Part shown: positions 39,967 to 50,259 of the stretch, in pieces
Layout: each line of letters opens with the position of its first letter
How positions within the stretch are numbered: position 1 is the first letter of the stretch
NCBI GenBank assembly: GCA_029258835.1
Contig: JAPDJY010000039.1
Span: forward strand, 64,001 to 128,000
Direction: 5' to 3'
From: Thermoproteota archaeon
GTDB lineage: Archaea; Asgardarchaeota; Jordiarchaeia; Jordiarchaeales; Freyrarchaeaceae
Length of the DNA stretch: 64,000 nucleotides
The notes under the pieces: model-generated
Told to the model about the DNA's origin: nothing
The model's input: only the letters and a program-made list of their open reading frames with translations
The model's database searches: none
Translations under genes and position numbers: made by a program

Positions 39967-42675
39967 TTAATGGTAGAAGGAGAAACGTCGCACATCAACT
40001 CCGCATGACTTGCAGGTCCATTGTTCCGGGTCTTTAGAGTCAAATGGGATCTTGAACGATGCAGAACACTTAGGACATATCTGTGTGGCTTCAACCGCAG
40101 GGTAGCCCTCACCATCCACGCGCTTCTGGATAGGGTGCAGAGGAGATTCGATAATCGGGGGGACATATCCTTGCTCCCTGTAAAGGTATTTACCGGTCTT
40201 TGAGTTAACAGTAGGAACGCCGAACGGGTAACGCCAGAAGGACCATCCCATGTTCGCAGCAACCCTAGCGCAAATTTTCCTTGCTCCGGGAGCAATGTCA
40301 ATCAAATACTGGTTAACATACTCAACGCGCTTCTTAAGGGCATCACGCACACGCTTCTCTTCCTCTTTCTCAAACAAACGAGCCCTAACCGACGACAGAA
40401 GTTCCCGTATCCGCTTACCAAGCTTCCTTAAAGTATCAGCAATGAAAACGAAGATTACCTTAGAAGCTTCCGGAACTTGATATTTAGCCAGATCCTCTGG
40501 ATGCACGGGATCCATATCAGGCGTATGAAAGTTCGCGTTAAAATCTACTAGAACTTTGTGCTCCCGTCCGTCAGCAGGAACCCTATAGAAAAGCTCCCGC
40601 CAGTGATAATCGCTCACGATCCACTCTAACTCACCGGTCTCAGCGTTAACCCATAATTCAACTCGCTCGTAATCCTCGTGATATAAACTTCTAGTGGCGA
40701 TTGTAAATTCCCCAGGCCACAGGTAAATGTAGCGTAATACCCAGTAATAGTTTCCTTCAAGCCATACTGGAGCATCATGCCTGTTTCTGTACGGGAAGAG
40801 AGATCCATGGTCAGCGTAGAAGTAGAGGTTGTATCGTTCTAGACCAATCACTTGGACTCCAGAAAGGCCTATGAGTAAAGCTGCTATTGCCAAGAATATT
40901 GCACCATACAGGCATGCTGAGAACAAACGGTTATACGCGAAGAGTACGAGGTTGGCGTTGTACTCAAAGAATGAGAGCCAGTAGTTGAGCCATCGTTCTG
41001 GCGGGAGGCCGAGGAGGATCATGTAGGGAGATGCGATTATGTTTATGTTTAAGAATTCTGCTAGGCGGAGTATGAAGTATTCTAGGAAGACGAAGAGGCC
41101 TCCAGCTAAAAGGCCTATTGTGAAGACTGCTGGAGCTCCTTCTGGCCGTGTAGAAAGAGCTGGGAAGGATTTTATGGCCCAGTATGCTGAGAACAGGATA
41201 AGTGCTATTAGGAAGAGGAATGATGAACCTATTAATAACCATGTTTGCCCTGTCATGAAGAGGGGCCTGTAGGGACTTGCCCAGATGCTGATCCAAGGGG
41301 CAATGTTTACATAGAAGAATGCTGCTGCAGCAATTATGATTACAATTAGGAAGGGTATTAAGGCTTTGACTAAGGTTGCTTGGTATGAAAGGGCGAAGGG
41401 GTTCCATATGGGTTCGTATTTTTCCTCTAAGTAGTCTGGGTTGATGAAGGGCCCTAAGGTTTCCCCTGTTTCAATTACGCGGATGTTACATTTATTGTCT
41501 TCGAGAGGGATTATTTCCAGTTCGGGTTCAGGCATCGGGGGAATTTCGTCTCTTGGTACGCGGTCCATTTTTTCATAGGTTATATACGTCTCCTTTTCGC
41601 CTAGTAGGGCTCTTATCTTCGACGTGACTGTTTTTATCGTCTTTTCGAATTCTTTGACTTTATTCTTCCCTAATAGAAAGTAGTTAGACCACAAGTCTCT
41701 TAGAATATATGCTTTTCTGTGAGGCTCTGTTACTTCTGCTGGAGGAGTCGTGTATGTTGAGATTCTTCCTGAGGAGGCCCAGAAGCCGCCCCAGAAGAAT
41801 GCAACGACTATGAATAGGGCTGCCATGGCTGTTGTTGCTACGTAGTATTTTGTTATGCCGCCCTCTACACTGATATAGTAAGGGAGCCATATTAGGTCGT
41901 GAATTATCCTCTCTGATCCGCTTCCAAGGAAACCTATGAATGAAGCTGTGCTTATTGAACTTCCTATTATTGCCCCGCTCCAGAAGCGCTTACTGTAGAA
42001 GGAAGGTATTGATGATAGAAGGAGAGTGTAAACGAACGCCATCACAAGAAGCTCATTTGTTAGGACGGACCAGTTGAAGAATGTTACTCGCATTGGTGAT
42101 ATGTAAACTATGTTGGCGAGTTTTCCTGTTATTAAAGGGATTGCTATGAAGAGGCCCCATGGGAGTACGACTTTGGGGTTTTTAAAGCTGTGTTTGAAGG
42201 CTTTCCACATAATACTGTATATTTGGAATTGAGAGAATATTCCGCCTATGACTCCCGCGAGAACTAATGTTGCAACGATACCATATTCCCATCCAAACCG
42301 GTACCTGTACGATAGGCTGAGAAAGAGAACAAGAATCTGTGTTTGCTTACCGAACGTGAAGACTATGGAAGATAAAGCAGTTACCATTAGTCCGTCAAGT
42401 AACCCCTCGCCTATTGACGCTATAAGAAACATTAACAATGGAATTACTCCTTGGAATATTTCCTGTATCATATGTGATGTGTAAAAGTCGCGTAAGTAAA
42501 AGTGGATGGCAGCATTTAGCGGGCTTTCAAAGTAATATATTAAGAAGTAGTCGAGCCATGAAAGAGCTGCGAAGACTACCCCGAGGACTATCAGTAGTGA
42601 TCGTTTAAGCGTGAAAAAGGAACGCAGTTTTGACAGTACAGCCGCTCTTACTGTTGTTCCTTTTTCAGTAGGCAA
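39967..42675 (-). CDS. Large multi-pass membrane protein with a C-terminal soluble domain and zinc ribbon
   Basis: 902-aa ORF, more than 12 hydrophobic segments, HEDYERVELWV motif, terminal CPKC...CKSC. Confidence 0.8.
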   Translation of the reverse strand: MPTEKGTTVRAAVLSKLRSFFTLKRSLLIVLGVVFAALSWLDYFLIYYFESPLNAAIHFYLRDFYTSHMIQEIFQGVIPLLMFLIASIGEGLLDGLMVTALSSIVFTFGKQTQILVLFLSLSYRYRFGWEYGIVATLVLAGVIGGIFSQFQIYSIMWKAFKHSFKNPKVVLPWGLFIAIPLITGKLANIVYISPMRVTFFNWSVLTNELLVMAFVYTLLLSSIPSFYSKRFWSGAIIGSSISTASFIGFLGSGSERIIHDLIWLPYYISVEGGITKYYVATTAMAALFIVVAFFWGGFWASSGRISTYTTPPAEVTEPHRKAYILRDLWSNYFLLGKNKVKEFEKTIKTVTSKIRALLGEKETYITYEKMDRVPRDEIPPMPEPELEIIPLEDNKCNIRVIETGETLGPFINPDYLEEKYEPIWNPFALSYQATLVKALIPFLIVIIIAAAAFFYVNIAPWISIWASPYRPLFMTGQTWLLIGSSFLFLIALILFSAYWAIKSFPALSTRPEGAPAVFTIGLLAGGLFVFLEYFILRLAEFLNINIIASPYMILLGLPPERWLNYWLSFFEYNANLVLFAYNRLFSACLYGAIFLAIAALLIGLSGVQVIGLERYNLYFYADHGSLFPYRNRHDAPVWLEGNYYWVLRYIYLWPGEFTIATRSLYHEDYERVELWVNAETGELEWIVSDYHWRELFYRVPADGREHKVLVDFNANFHTPDMDPVHPEDLAKYQVPEASKVIFVFIADTLRKLGKRIRELLSSVRARLFEKEEEKRVRDALKKRVEYVNQYLIDIAPGARKICARVAANMGWSFWRYPFGVPTVNSKTGKYLYREQGYVPPIIESPLHPIQKRVDGEGYPAVEATQICPKCSASFKIPFDSKDPEQWTCKSCGVDVRRFSFYH

Positions 42676-42769
42676 CCATCATTCACCTTCGAAAACTTTT
42701 TTGGTTTAAATGTTACTACTGCTACAAGAAACTAAAAAATCTTCTCCTTACCAATGTGGGGGTTTACGT

Positions 42770-43492
42770 TTGAGGAAAACCAACGATGAAAAGATCGTTT
42801 TAAAGGTAGGTGGCTCTATCATTCAAAATAACCGGGGGGAGGTCCATGTTGATTTAGTGCGGGAATACGCACTTATGATTAAGGAGTTAAGGAAGGAAGG
42901 GTTTGATATTACAGCCGTGATTGTTGGTGGAGGAGCGGTCTCTAAGAGATTTGCTAGTTACGCCCGTAAACTCGGGGCTTCGGAGGGAGTGTGCGACGTT
43001 GTAGGTATTCAGGCGACGAGGCTAAACGCGTACTTGTTCATTGCAGCGATAGGAGACGACGCATATCAGGTTGTCCCACGGACATTGAATGAGGTGGCCC
43101 AGGCGTCAGCGACGGGAAAAGTCATCGTTGTTGGAGGGTTACAGCCAGGACAATCTACGAGTGCCGTTGCGGCACTTGTAGCTGAGCGGTTGAGGGCAAA
43201 TAAGCTCATTAATGCAACCGACGTGAAAGGAGTCTTCACGTCTGACCCGAAAAGAAATCCTGAAGCAAAGATTATTCCTAAAATGACGACTAAAGAACTT
43301 CAAGACATTATTTTATCTAGTGCTTATGTTGCAGGGGGCTATGAGCTCTTTGACTTGATTGCTTTAAAAGTGATCGAGAGAGCGAGGATACTGCTAGTCG
43401 TGTTAGACGGAAGGAATACCGACAACGTGAGATTAGCTGTTAAAGGAGAACATGTGGGCACATGGGTTTACCCGTGTCCCGGAGGAGATTGA
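42770..43492 (+). CDS. pyrH: Uridylate kinase
   Basis: VLKVGGS, IVGGG, GGLQPGQST.AVAA, NATDVKGVFTSDP. Confidence 0.93.
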   Translation: MRKTNDEKIVLKVGGSIIQNNRGEVHVDLVREYALMIKELRKEGFDITAVIVGGGAVSKRFASYARKLGASEGVCDVVGIQATRLNAYLFIAAIGDDAYQVVPRTLNEVAQASATGKVIVVGGLQPGQSTSAVAALVAERLRANKLINATDVKGVFTSDPKRNPEAKIIPKMTTKELQDIILSSAYVAGGYELFDLIALKVIERARILLVVLDGRNTDNVRLAVKGEHVGTWVYPCPGGD

Positions 43493-43493
43493 A

Positions 43494-43769
43494 GTGGGAG
43501 TACTTGAAAGAATTTTTGGAAGGCAGGCTCAGACACGGGTCTTACAGTTTTTGCTTGAAAACAGAGGGAAAATGTTTAATTTATCAGACATAGCAGAAAA
43601 CGTAGGAGTTTCTCCTAGTACTGTAAGCAGAGTTATTGAGAAACTCATTGAAGCGGGGATCGTGGAGGAAGTAGCGAGGTGGAGGCAGATGAGAGTAGTT
43701 AAACTAAACGAAAAAAATGTGAGAACCAATGTTTTAATCAGGTTTCTTGAGGAGATAAAGAGAGTTTAA
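43494..43769 (+). CDS. Winged-HTH DNA-binding protein
   Basis: FNLSDIAENVGVSPSTVSRVIEKL; GGAGG before the GTG. Confidence 0.85.
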   Translation: MGVLERIFGRQAQTRVLQFLLENRGKMFNLSDIAENVGVSPSTVSRVIEKLIEAGIVEEVARWRQMRVVKLNEKNVRTNVLIRFLEEIKRV

Positions 43770-43777
43770 GTAGGGAG

Positions 43778-43924
43778 TGGTGCGGGGGGAGGGAAACTCG
43801 GAGATGCATAATTTAGGGCACCCCTTTCGAACCCCCGAACCCATCCGCAACATCTGCGGGACCGGATCTTGAGTACGGCCGATGTAAGGTGTCCGGCGCC
43901 TTTGACCAACTCGGCAACCCCCGC
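43778..43924 (-). tRNA. tRNA-Leu(CAA) with three introns: ~32/33 (43873..43890), variable arm (43843..43853), 59/60 (43795..43825)
   Basis: GCGGGGG acceptor stem and ACCA end; removing 18+11+31 nt gives an 87-nt class II cloverleaf with loop CUCAAGA; the 11-nt intron is the least certain. Confidence 0.88.
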
Positions 43925-43990
43925 ACCTGTAAATGAAGTTTAGCAGCTTTCTAAAAAATATTTTTCCCCTCTTCTTTGTTATGTTATCAA

Positions 43991-44713
43991 TTACCTCTTC
44001 AGGTTATACCTCTTCAGGTTATCTTTGTTTACAATGGAGAGGATTAGGTATTTGAATAAAACTTTTAACCATCTAATTGTGTCTTCAACGTTTCGCATCT
44101 TTGATTTCTCCTCACCATAAATCGTCTTTATTTTCACTTCTCCTATTTTGAAGCCTTTTCTGTGCGCTTCAATCAGTATTTCCGTTTCTGCCGCGAATCG
44201 CGGATCTGAGAAGGTGACAACTTCTATTACTTTCCTTTTGAAAGCCCGGTAACCACTTTGACTATCTGTTATGGGTAACTTGAAAAAGAGACGTAAGAGA
44301 CGTGAAGTGATCGTATTACTTAGAATTCTGAGGGAAGGCATCCCCTCTATGCTTCCTAGAAACCTTGACCCAACTACTAGGTCGAAGCCGCCATGCATGA
44401 GTTTCTTTAGTAGTTTGGGTATTTCGTTCGGTTCGTGTTGACCATCTGCATCTATCGACACTATAATGTCTGCGTTACGCTTTAAAGCTAGGCTGAATCC
44501 GGTTTTTAATGCAGCACCCTTCCCCATGTTCCTAGGGTGGCGTATAACAATGGCCCCTGCTGCTAATGCCTTCTTAAAGGTGGCATCGGTGCTTCCGTCA
44601 TCCACCACTATTACTTCATCAACATGTTTTAGGGATTCTCTAACTATGCTTGAAACGGTTCGTTCTTCGTTGAAAGCAGGAGAGACGCAGACAATCTTAG
44701 CCAACGACACCAT
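43991..44713 (-). CDS. GT2 glycosyltransferase, DPM1-like
   Basis: PAFNEE, VVDDGSTD, N.GKG.A, DADGQH, VVGSR, DSQSGYR. Confidence 0.9.
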   Translation of the reverse strand: MVSLAKIVCVSPAFNEERTVSSIVRESLKHVDEVIVVDDGSTDATFKKALAAGAIVIRHPRNMGKGAALKTGFSLALKRNADIIVSIDADGQHEPNEIPKLLKKLMHGGFDLVVGSRFLGSIEGMPSLRILSNTITSRLLRLFFKLPITDSQSGYRAFKRKVIEVVTFSDPRFAAETEILIEAHRKGFKIGEVKIKTIYGEEKSKMRNVEDTIRWLKVLFKYLILSIVNKDNLKRYNLKR

Positions 44714-45032
44714 CCGCCTCTGGTTTTTCCTTAACTTATAAGAGTTTTCTTCTATTGCTTAGTGATTGCTTAGTGGAAGGACTATTATTTAATTTATGTT
44801 TTTAATTTTAAGAGGTAACGGAGGGTGTTAAGAGGAAGATTGTAAAAGACTGTTTGGTAGTTTGAGTAAAAAACATAAAAGCTATTCGGTTAAGTTGAAA
44901 TAAAGGGGAAAAATTCGTCAAATAACGATTTTTTATAGTTAACTTGGGGAAAAACTTTTATTTTAAAGGGCAGACCTTCCTTGCAAGATCTCAAAGTTGC
45001 TCTCCTAATTGTCAAAAGGAGAGAGGCAAAAC

Positions 45033-45965
45033 ATGATTAGCTTAGGTTCCTTATTTGGATTGCAAGTAGGGGAAATCACAAACATTGCTATTGGCTTTAT
45101 CGTAGTCGGTGGGTTAGGTTTAGCTTCTGTTAAAGCGAAGGCAGTGGACGTTTCAGGTCTTCTTGCAGGTTTAGTTGTTGGACTGGCAATATGGGTTTTT
45201 ACAAGCTGGACGTGGTTTATAATGGTGATGACTTTTCATATAGTTGCAGCTGTGTTTACAAAGTATAAATACGAAAGGAAGAGGAAGCAGGGGGTGGCTC
45301 AGGAGAAGGGAGGAGCACGTGCGTGGACTAATGTGTTTGCAAACGGGGGTGTTGCAGCGTTTTTAGCTGTAATGGAAGGATTATGTTTGCTTGCTATTCC
45401 GCTTGGAAACTTTGACATGTTTCTGGCGGGTTTCCTTGGAGCGGTAGCTACCGGTACTGCCGACACGCTTGCAACAGAAATCGGGTTACTTTATCCTAAA
45501 GATCCAAGGTTGATAATTAATCCACTCAAAAGGGTGCCTCCGGGAACTTCAGGGGGAGTTTCACCTCTAGGAGAAATGGCGATTCTTTTAAGCGGTTTAA
45601 TAATAGGTGGAGTTGCGGCTTTATTATACCAGTTAAACTTGTTGGATGCTGTTGGAGGCATAAACGGCCTTATCATAAGAGTAATTGATTATCTGGGAAT
45701 AGGAGTGCCTGTATGGACAAAATTGCTCATGATTAGTGTCATGTCAGGGTTTATTGGGAGCACGGTGGATAGCGTAATAGGAGCAACAATTCAGTCACTT
45801 TTCAAATGCAATGTATGCGGAAAGATAACTGAACGTGAAGAACACTGTGGACAAGTTACAAGGCAGTTAAAGGGATACCGGGTGATAGACAATAACATAG
45901 TTAATCTAGCGGCTACAGCAGTAGGTGCACTAAGCGGGTTTGTATTTTACCTGTTGCTTTTCTAG
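45033..45965 (+). CDS. DUF92/TMEM19 membrane protein
   Basis: R.W.NVFANGG, ADTLATEIG, PPGTSGGVS.LG, DS.IGATIQ, DNNIVN. Confidence 0.9.
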   Translation: MISLGSLFGLQVGEITNIAIGFIVVGGLGLASVKAKAVDVSGLLAGLVVGLAIWVFTSWTWFIMVMTFHIVAAVFTKYKYERKRKQGVAQEKGGARAWTNVFANGGVAAFLAVMEGLCLLAIPLGNFDMFLAGFLGAVATGTADTLATEIGLLYPKDPRLIINPLKRVPPGTSGGVSPLGEMAILLSGLIIGGVAALLYQLNLLDAVGGINGLIIRVIDYLGIGVPVWTKLLMISVMSGFIGSTVDSVIGATIQSLFKCNVCGKITEREEHCGQVTRQLKGYRVIDNNIVNLAATAVGALSGFVFYLLLF

Positions 45966-46176
45966 TGAAACTTAATGATGAACGCTAAATGGAAAGATGT
46001 TAATGTTTGCTCTCAATAAGTTTTCTTTTTGTTCCTTATTAGGTAAAACCTTACTTATTCCAATCTTTTGCTTAATGAACTAATATTTTGAGAGTTTTCA
46101 AAAGAAGAAAAATGAGAAGAATTTAAGAATTATGCAGCGAACACCTTATACTTTAGAATTTTAGGATTTTTAGCGA

Positions 46177-46407
46177 TTACTGATAGCACATGTCAACGAA
46201 CGCACTGTAAGCGTCAACTGGCTCTGAGAGTTTATTAATTTTGACGACCTCCTTTCTTCCGCAACCACCACAACCCACAATTGCAACACCCTCATCCTTT
46301 TTCATTTCAACTGTGACGCTGTTCTCTCCGCAGATTGGACATGAAAAAACATTTGGAATCGTTTTCCTTGGACGCCTTACAACCTTTCTACTTTTTCTAC
46401 GTCCCAA
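46177..46407 (-). CDS. elf1: Transcription elongation factor Elf1
   Basis: MGRRKSRK...FSCPIC...CGGC...LSEPVDAYS.F.D. Confidence 0.9.
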   Translation of the reverse strand: MGRRKSRKVVRRPRKTIPNVFSCPICGENSVTVEMKKDEGVAIVGCGGCGRKEVVKINKLSEPVDAYSAFVDMCYQ

Positions 46408-46712
46408 AACCCATCACCTCAAAAAAGGCAATCTATAGGGAAACGCAAGACAAATTAAAATAAAGTGAGGCAAGTTTTAAACTGGAGCAAAGATTCACTT
46501 TAACTTACATTTTTAACATTTTAAAGTATTTCTGGTCAGATTTTAAATTTTAATTAGTTAGATTCAAGGGAGATAACAAAAATAAATTATAAATGTGTAA
46601 AGTACCGCAATGGGTAATTTTCCTTAAAAGATTTTGAAGTTTAAATTTTAAGGCTTTTAAAGCGATTAGAAGTAAGATATTTATAACGTTAAATATTAGA
46701 TGAGGTTTGGGT

Positions 46713-46840
46713 GCGGGGGTAGCCAAGCGGACAAGGGTCCGCACAACGGCGCTGATCGGATCCTTTCCTCAGGATCCGAGTGGATGCCTTGAGAGCCAGT
46801 TCCCCGTTGGGGAGCGTGGGTTCGAATCCCACCCCCCGCG
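46713..46840 (+). tRNA. tRNA-Ser(UGA) with two introns: D-loop (46733..46744) and 29/30 (46755..46785)
   Basis: Long variable arm, G73; removing 12+31 nt gives CUGGC-CUUGAGA-GCCAG; intron 2 has a 9-bp stem UCGGAUCCU/AGGAUCCGA. Confidence 0.88.
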
Positions 46841-46875
46841 CTAATTTTAACTTTTGTTTTGAAAGAAAGGTTGGT

Positions 46876-47220
46876 TTAGTCATATATGTTTGCGAAACAC
46901 CTCAAGGCCATCTCGATTATGATTATTATTGCATTAATAATTAAGATATTTCCGCTTAGTGGGTTTACTGTTGCATATCTAACTGTAATAGGTAATGTGA
47001 AGAGGAAAAGAGAAGAAGAAAGAAGAAGGGATACCCAATTAAATGAAAAAATAATAAAAAATGAAGTAAACAACCAAATGATCAAAATGAGAGTTAACTG
47101 ATCGCCTGTTGAAACGACATGAGCGACGTTAATGCTGTTAAGTACAATTGGAAGATGTATAAATAGAAAGAACAAAGTAAGTATTAAGGAGCTTAGGAGG
47201 CTCCAAGAAATTCTGTTCAT
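46876..47220 (-). CDS. Hypothetical membrane protein
   Basis: About 114 aa with four hydrophobic segments; GAGGGG before the ATG. Confidence 0.5.
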   Translation of the reverse strand: MNRISWSLLSSLILTLFFLFIHLPIVLNSINVAHVVSTGDQLTLILIIWLFTSFFIIFSFNWVSLLLSSSLFLFTLPITVRYATVNPLSGNILIINAIIIIIEMALRCFANIYD

Positions 47221-47300
47221 TATCAGCCCCTCTAAACATGGAATGCCTTTGAAAAATATAAAAAGGCAACAGGAGGAGACCACTTACGAAAACAGTTAAG

Positions 47301-47846
47301 TTGGTGACGATAAAAATACCTAATAGTTTAAGCGTTCTTATCACAGAGCTTGCTGACAGCTTATTAAGTATTTTTGCACCCTTAAATTGTGTGGTTGAGA
47401 AGGTAGAGGAAAACATTGAGTTTGCATATAACCCTGTAAGAAAGCAGTATGATGCCGAAAAAGTGTTAATACGACTGAAAAGGATTACACAAACAGAGTT
47501 TAGGGTATTAGGGATAGTATTAGTAGATTTATACGTTCAAGGGTTAAATTTCGTCTTTGGATTAGCGGAGTGCCCAGGGAAAGCGGCATTAATTTCGCTT
47601 TACAGACTTAGACCCGAATTTTATGGCGAACCAAGAGACAAAAGGATACTTTTTGAAAGAATGATGAAGGAAGCCGTACACGAATTAGGACACACATTTG
47701 CCCTAAAACATTGCCCTGAGAAGAGTTGTGTAATGCACTTCTCTAATAGCATCCTTGATATAGACGTGAAGGAAAAAGAGTTCTGCCCGCTCTGTAAAGA
47801 AAAACTCAAAAGAACATTGAAAAAACATAAAATGAAACTAATATAA
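47301..47846 (+). CDS. amzA: Archaemetzincin Zn-metalloprotease (possible upstream ACG start at 47286)
   Basis: LNFVFGLA, KEAVHELGHTFALKHC...CVMHFSNS...FCPLC. Confidence 0.92.
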   Translation: MVTIKIPNSLSVLITELADSLLSIFAPLNCVVEKVEENIEFAYNPVRKQYDAEKVLIRLKRITQTEFRVLGIVLVDLYVQGLNFVFGLAECPGKAALISLYRLRPEFYGEPRDKRILFERMMKEAVHELGHTFALKHCPEKSCVMHFSNSILDIDVKEKEFCPLCKEKLKRTLKKHKMKLI

Positions 47847-48007
47847 TTAAAAAACTAATAAATTAAATTTAAAATTGCATAGAAAAGTAGAGGAAATAAA
47901 TTTTATAAATACCTTAAGGGTTGTATTCTACACTGTTGAAGCTTAAGTAAAGGAAAGCTGGCCAGAAGCACTTAAAATGCATGTTTAAGTGAAAAAAACC
48001 AATAGGG

Positions 48008-48745
48008 ATGGAGGTATTCGAAATGTTCGCTGCGCCTGGTCTAGGATATGATAGGGCAATTACGATTTTCTCTCCTGATGGTAGACTCTTTCAAGTTGAA
48101 TACGCTATTGAAGCTGTTCGGAGAGGGACGACTGCAATAGGTGTTAGATGCAAAGACGGGGTAGTTTTAGCCGTTGAAAAAAGGATTCTTTCACTTCAAG
48201 ACCCAGAAAGCGTAGAGAAAATATTCATAATAGATGATCATATAGGTGCTGCGATAGCGGGATTAACTGCAGATGCCCGTGTACTTGTAGACCAAGCCCG
48301 CGTCCAAGCGCAAGTTAACAAGTTAACTTATGATGAACCTATCAGTGTTGAAAGCTTAACTAAATACATTGGAGATTTAAAACAAGTTTACACACAACAT
48401 GCGGGTGTTAGACCGTTTGGTGTGTCGTTCCTTATCGCTGGAGTTGACGATTCTGGACCACGGCTTTTCATGACAGACCCATCCGGAACATACTGGGGTT
48501 ACTGGGCCACGGCTATAGGGGCTGGGTCGCAGAAAGCTAAAGAGATCCTTGAAAAAGAATATAAAAAGGATTTAAGTTTGGAGGAGGGAATTAAGCTTTC
48601 ATTAACGGCCCTCAAAGCCGTTCTCGAGGCGGACTTTGATTCAACTAGAGTAGAGATCGCTGTAGTTGACGTTGAAACAAGGAGGTTCCGTAAAATACCC
48701 GTAAGCGAAGTTCAGAGTTACATTGAAAAGTTAGATAAAAGTTAA
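48008..48745 (+). CDS. psmA: Proteasome subunit alpha
   Basis: GYDRAITIFSPDGRLFQVEYA. Confidence 0.97.
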   Translation: MEVFEMFAAPGLGYDRAITIFSPDGRLFQVEYAIEAVRRGTTAIGVRCKDGVVLAVEKRILSLQDPESVEKIFIIDDHIGAAIAGLTADARVLVDQARVQAQVNKLTYDEPISVESLTKYIGDLKQVYTQHAGVRPFGVSFLIAGVDDSGPRLFMTDPSGTYWGYWATAIGAGSQKAKEILEKEYKKDLSLEEGIKLSLTALKAVLEADFDSTRVEIAVVDVETRRFRKIPVSEVQSYIEKLDKS

Positions 48746-48784
48746 AGAAAATTAAATCATTAGAGAGGCGGGGAAAGGTGGCGA

Positions 48785-49513
48785 ATGTCTCAAATTAGAG
48801 GAGAAAAAAGAGTAGAGTTTGGAGAGAACATATCTATTGTGAAATATGAAAAGTATGGGTTATCCTTTGAAATAATAGTTGATGTCAAGAAAGCATGGGA
48901 GTACAAGACAGGTAAGGAAATCGATCCAACGGAAGTTCTTCAAACATTTGTTATTTACGAGAATGCTCGGCGAGGAGAAAAGGCATCTGAAGAGAACATG
49001 CAGAAGATTTTTGGGACAACAGACCCGCTTGAAATTGCAAAGGTTATTTTGAAGAAAGGAGAGCTACACCTTACAACAGAGCAGCGACGTGAGCTTCTAG
49101 AGCAGAAAAAGAAAAAAATAGTAAATATTTTAGCAAGAACCTGTGTAAATCCTCAAACAGGATTACCTCACCCACCCACGAGGATTGAAAACGCAATGGA
49201 AGAAGCAAAGGTCCAGGTGGATCTATGGAGAAGTGCGGAGGAGCAAGTGAAGGATGTACTTAAAAGGATTCAGAGTGTTATCCCCATAAAAATGGAGACG
49301 CTTAGAGTTGCCGTAAAATTTCCCCCAGAATATGCTGGAAAGGGCTACAATATATTAGAAAGGTTTGGAAGAATAATTAGGGAGGAATGGCAATCGGATG
49401 GCTCGTGGATCGCTATGATTGAAATACCAGGAGGAGTAAAAGGACAATTATTGAATGTAATTAATACTGCAACTAAGGGTAAAGCGCAGATTAAGTTTCT
49501 TCAAAAAACATAG
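48785..49513 (+). CDS. sbds: Ribosome maturation factor SBDS/Sdo1
   Basis: FGTTD, LTTEQRR, NPQTGLPHPP.RIE.AM. Confidence 0.95.
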   Translation: MSQIRGEKRVEFGENISIVKYEKYGLSFEIIVDVKKAWEYKTGKEIDPTEVLQTFVIYENARRGEKASEENMQKIFGTTDPLEIAKVILKKGELHLTTEQRRELLEQKKKKIVNILARTCVNPQTGLPHPPTRIENAMEEAKVQVDLWRSAEEQVKDVLKRIQSVIPIKMETLRVAVKFPPEYAGKGYNILERFGRIIREEWQSDGSWIAMIEIPGGVKGQLLNVINTATKGKAQIKFLQKT

Positions 49514-49545
49514 AAGGCTCTTAAAGGCGCTGAGGAGGAAAAAAT

Positions 49546-50259
49546 TTGACTATTTATTTCAGAAAAAGGCAGATAGTGTTGCCGGGAGAGGTACTGGCTG
49601 AAGGTAACAGGATTAAGCCGGGTGAAGGAACATTTAAGGAAGCAAACAAAATCTTATCAGCCGTTGTCGGGCTGGCTGAAGTTAAAGGTGACACCGTCTT
49701 CGTCGTCCCTCTAGAGGGAGTTTACATTCCTAGACCAGGGGATGTGGTTATAGGTAAAATAGTTAACGTTAAGTTAACATCTTGGGATGTGGATATATTA
49801 GCTCCTTACCTAGCCACCCTTAACCCCGTAAATGCTTTAGGAAAACAATTTGATCCTATTAAAAATGACCTGAGGCGAATATATGATGTAGGAGACATTA
49901 TAGTCGCCAAAATTTTAGCTTTTGACAGAACTCAGCCTCCCATACTCACTACAAAAGAAAGAGGACTAGGAAAGCTTCAGGGTGGACGGCTTGTTAGGAT
50001 GATGCCTACAAGGATACCTCGACTCATTGGTAGAAGAGGATCTATGATAAACATGATCAAGAAAAGAACAGGATGCCAAATAGTGATAGGGCAGAACGGG
50101 TTAATCTGGATATCTGGGAAAAACATAGAGGATGAAGAGTTGGTTGTTAGGGCAATAAGGCAAATAGAACGGGAGGCGCATACCTCCGGCCTTACCGACC
50201 GTATAAGGGCATTAATTTACAGAAACGGAAAGAAAGAGGAGGATTTAAATGAGCATTAA
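49546..50259 (+). CDS. rrp4: Exosome subunit Rrp4
   Basis: [12 protein letters not shown]1 domain; [12 protein letters not shown] domain; [11 protein letters not shown]. Confidence 0.95.
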   Translation: MTIYFRKRQIVLPGEVLAEGNRIKPGEGTFKEANKILSAVVGLAEVKGDTVFVVPLEGVYIPRPGDVVIGKIVNVKLTSWDVDILAPYLATLNPVNALGKQFDPIKNDLRRIYDVGDIIVAKILAFDRTQPPILTTKERGLGKLQGGRLVRMMPTRIPRLIGRRGSMINMIKKRTGCQIVIGQNGLIWISGKNIEDEELVVRAIRQIEREAHTSGLTDRIRALIYRNGKKEEDLNEH

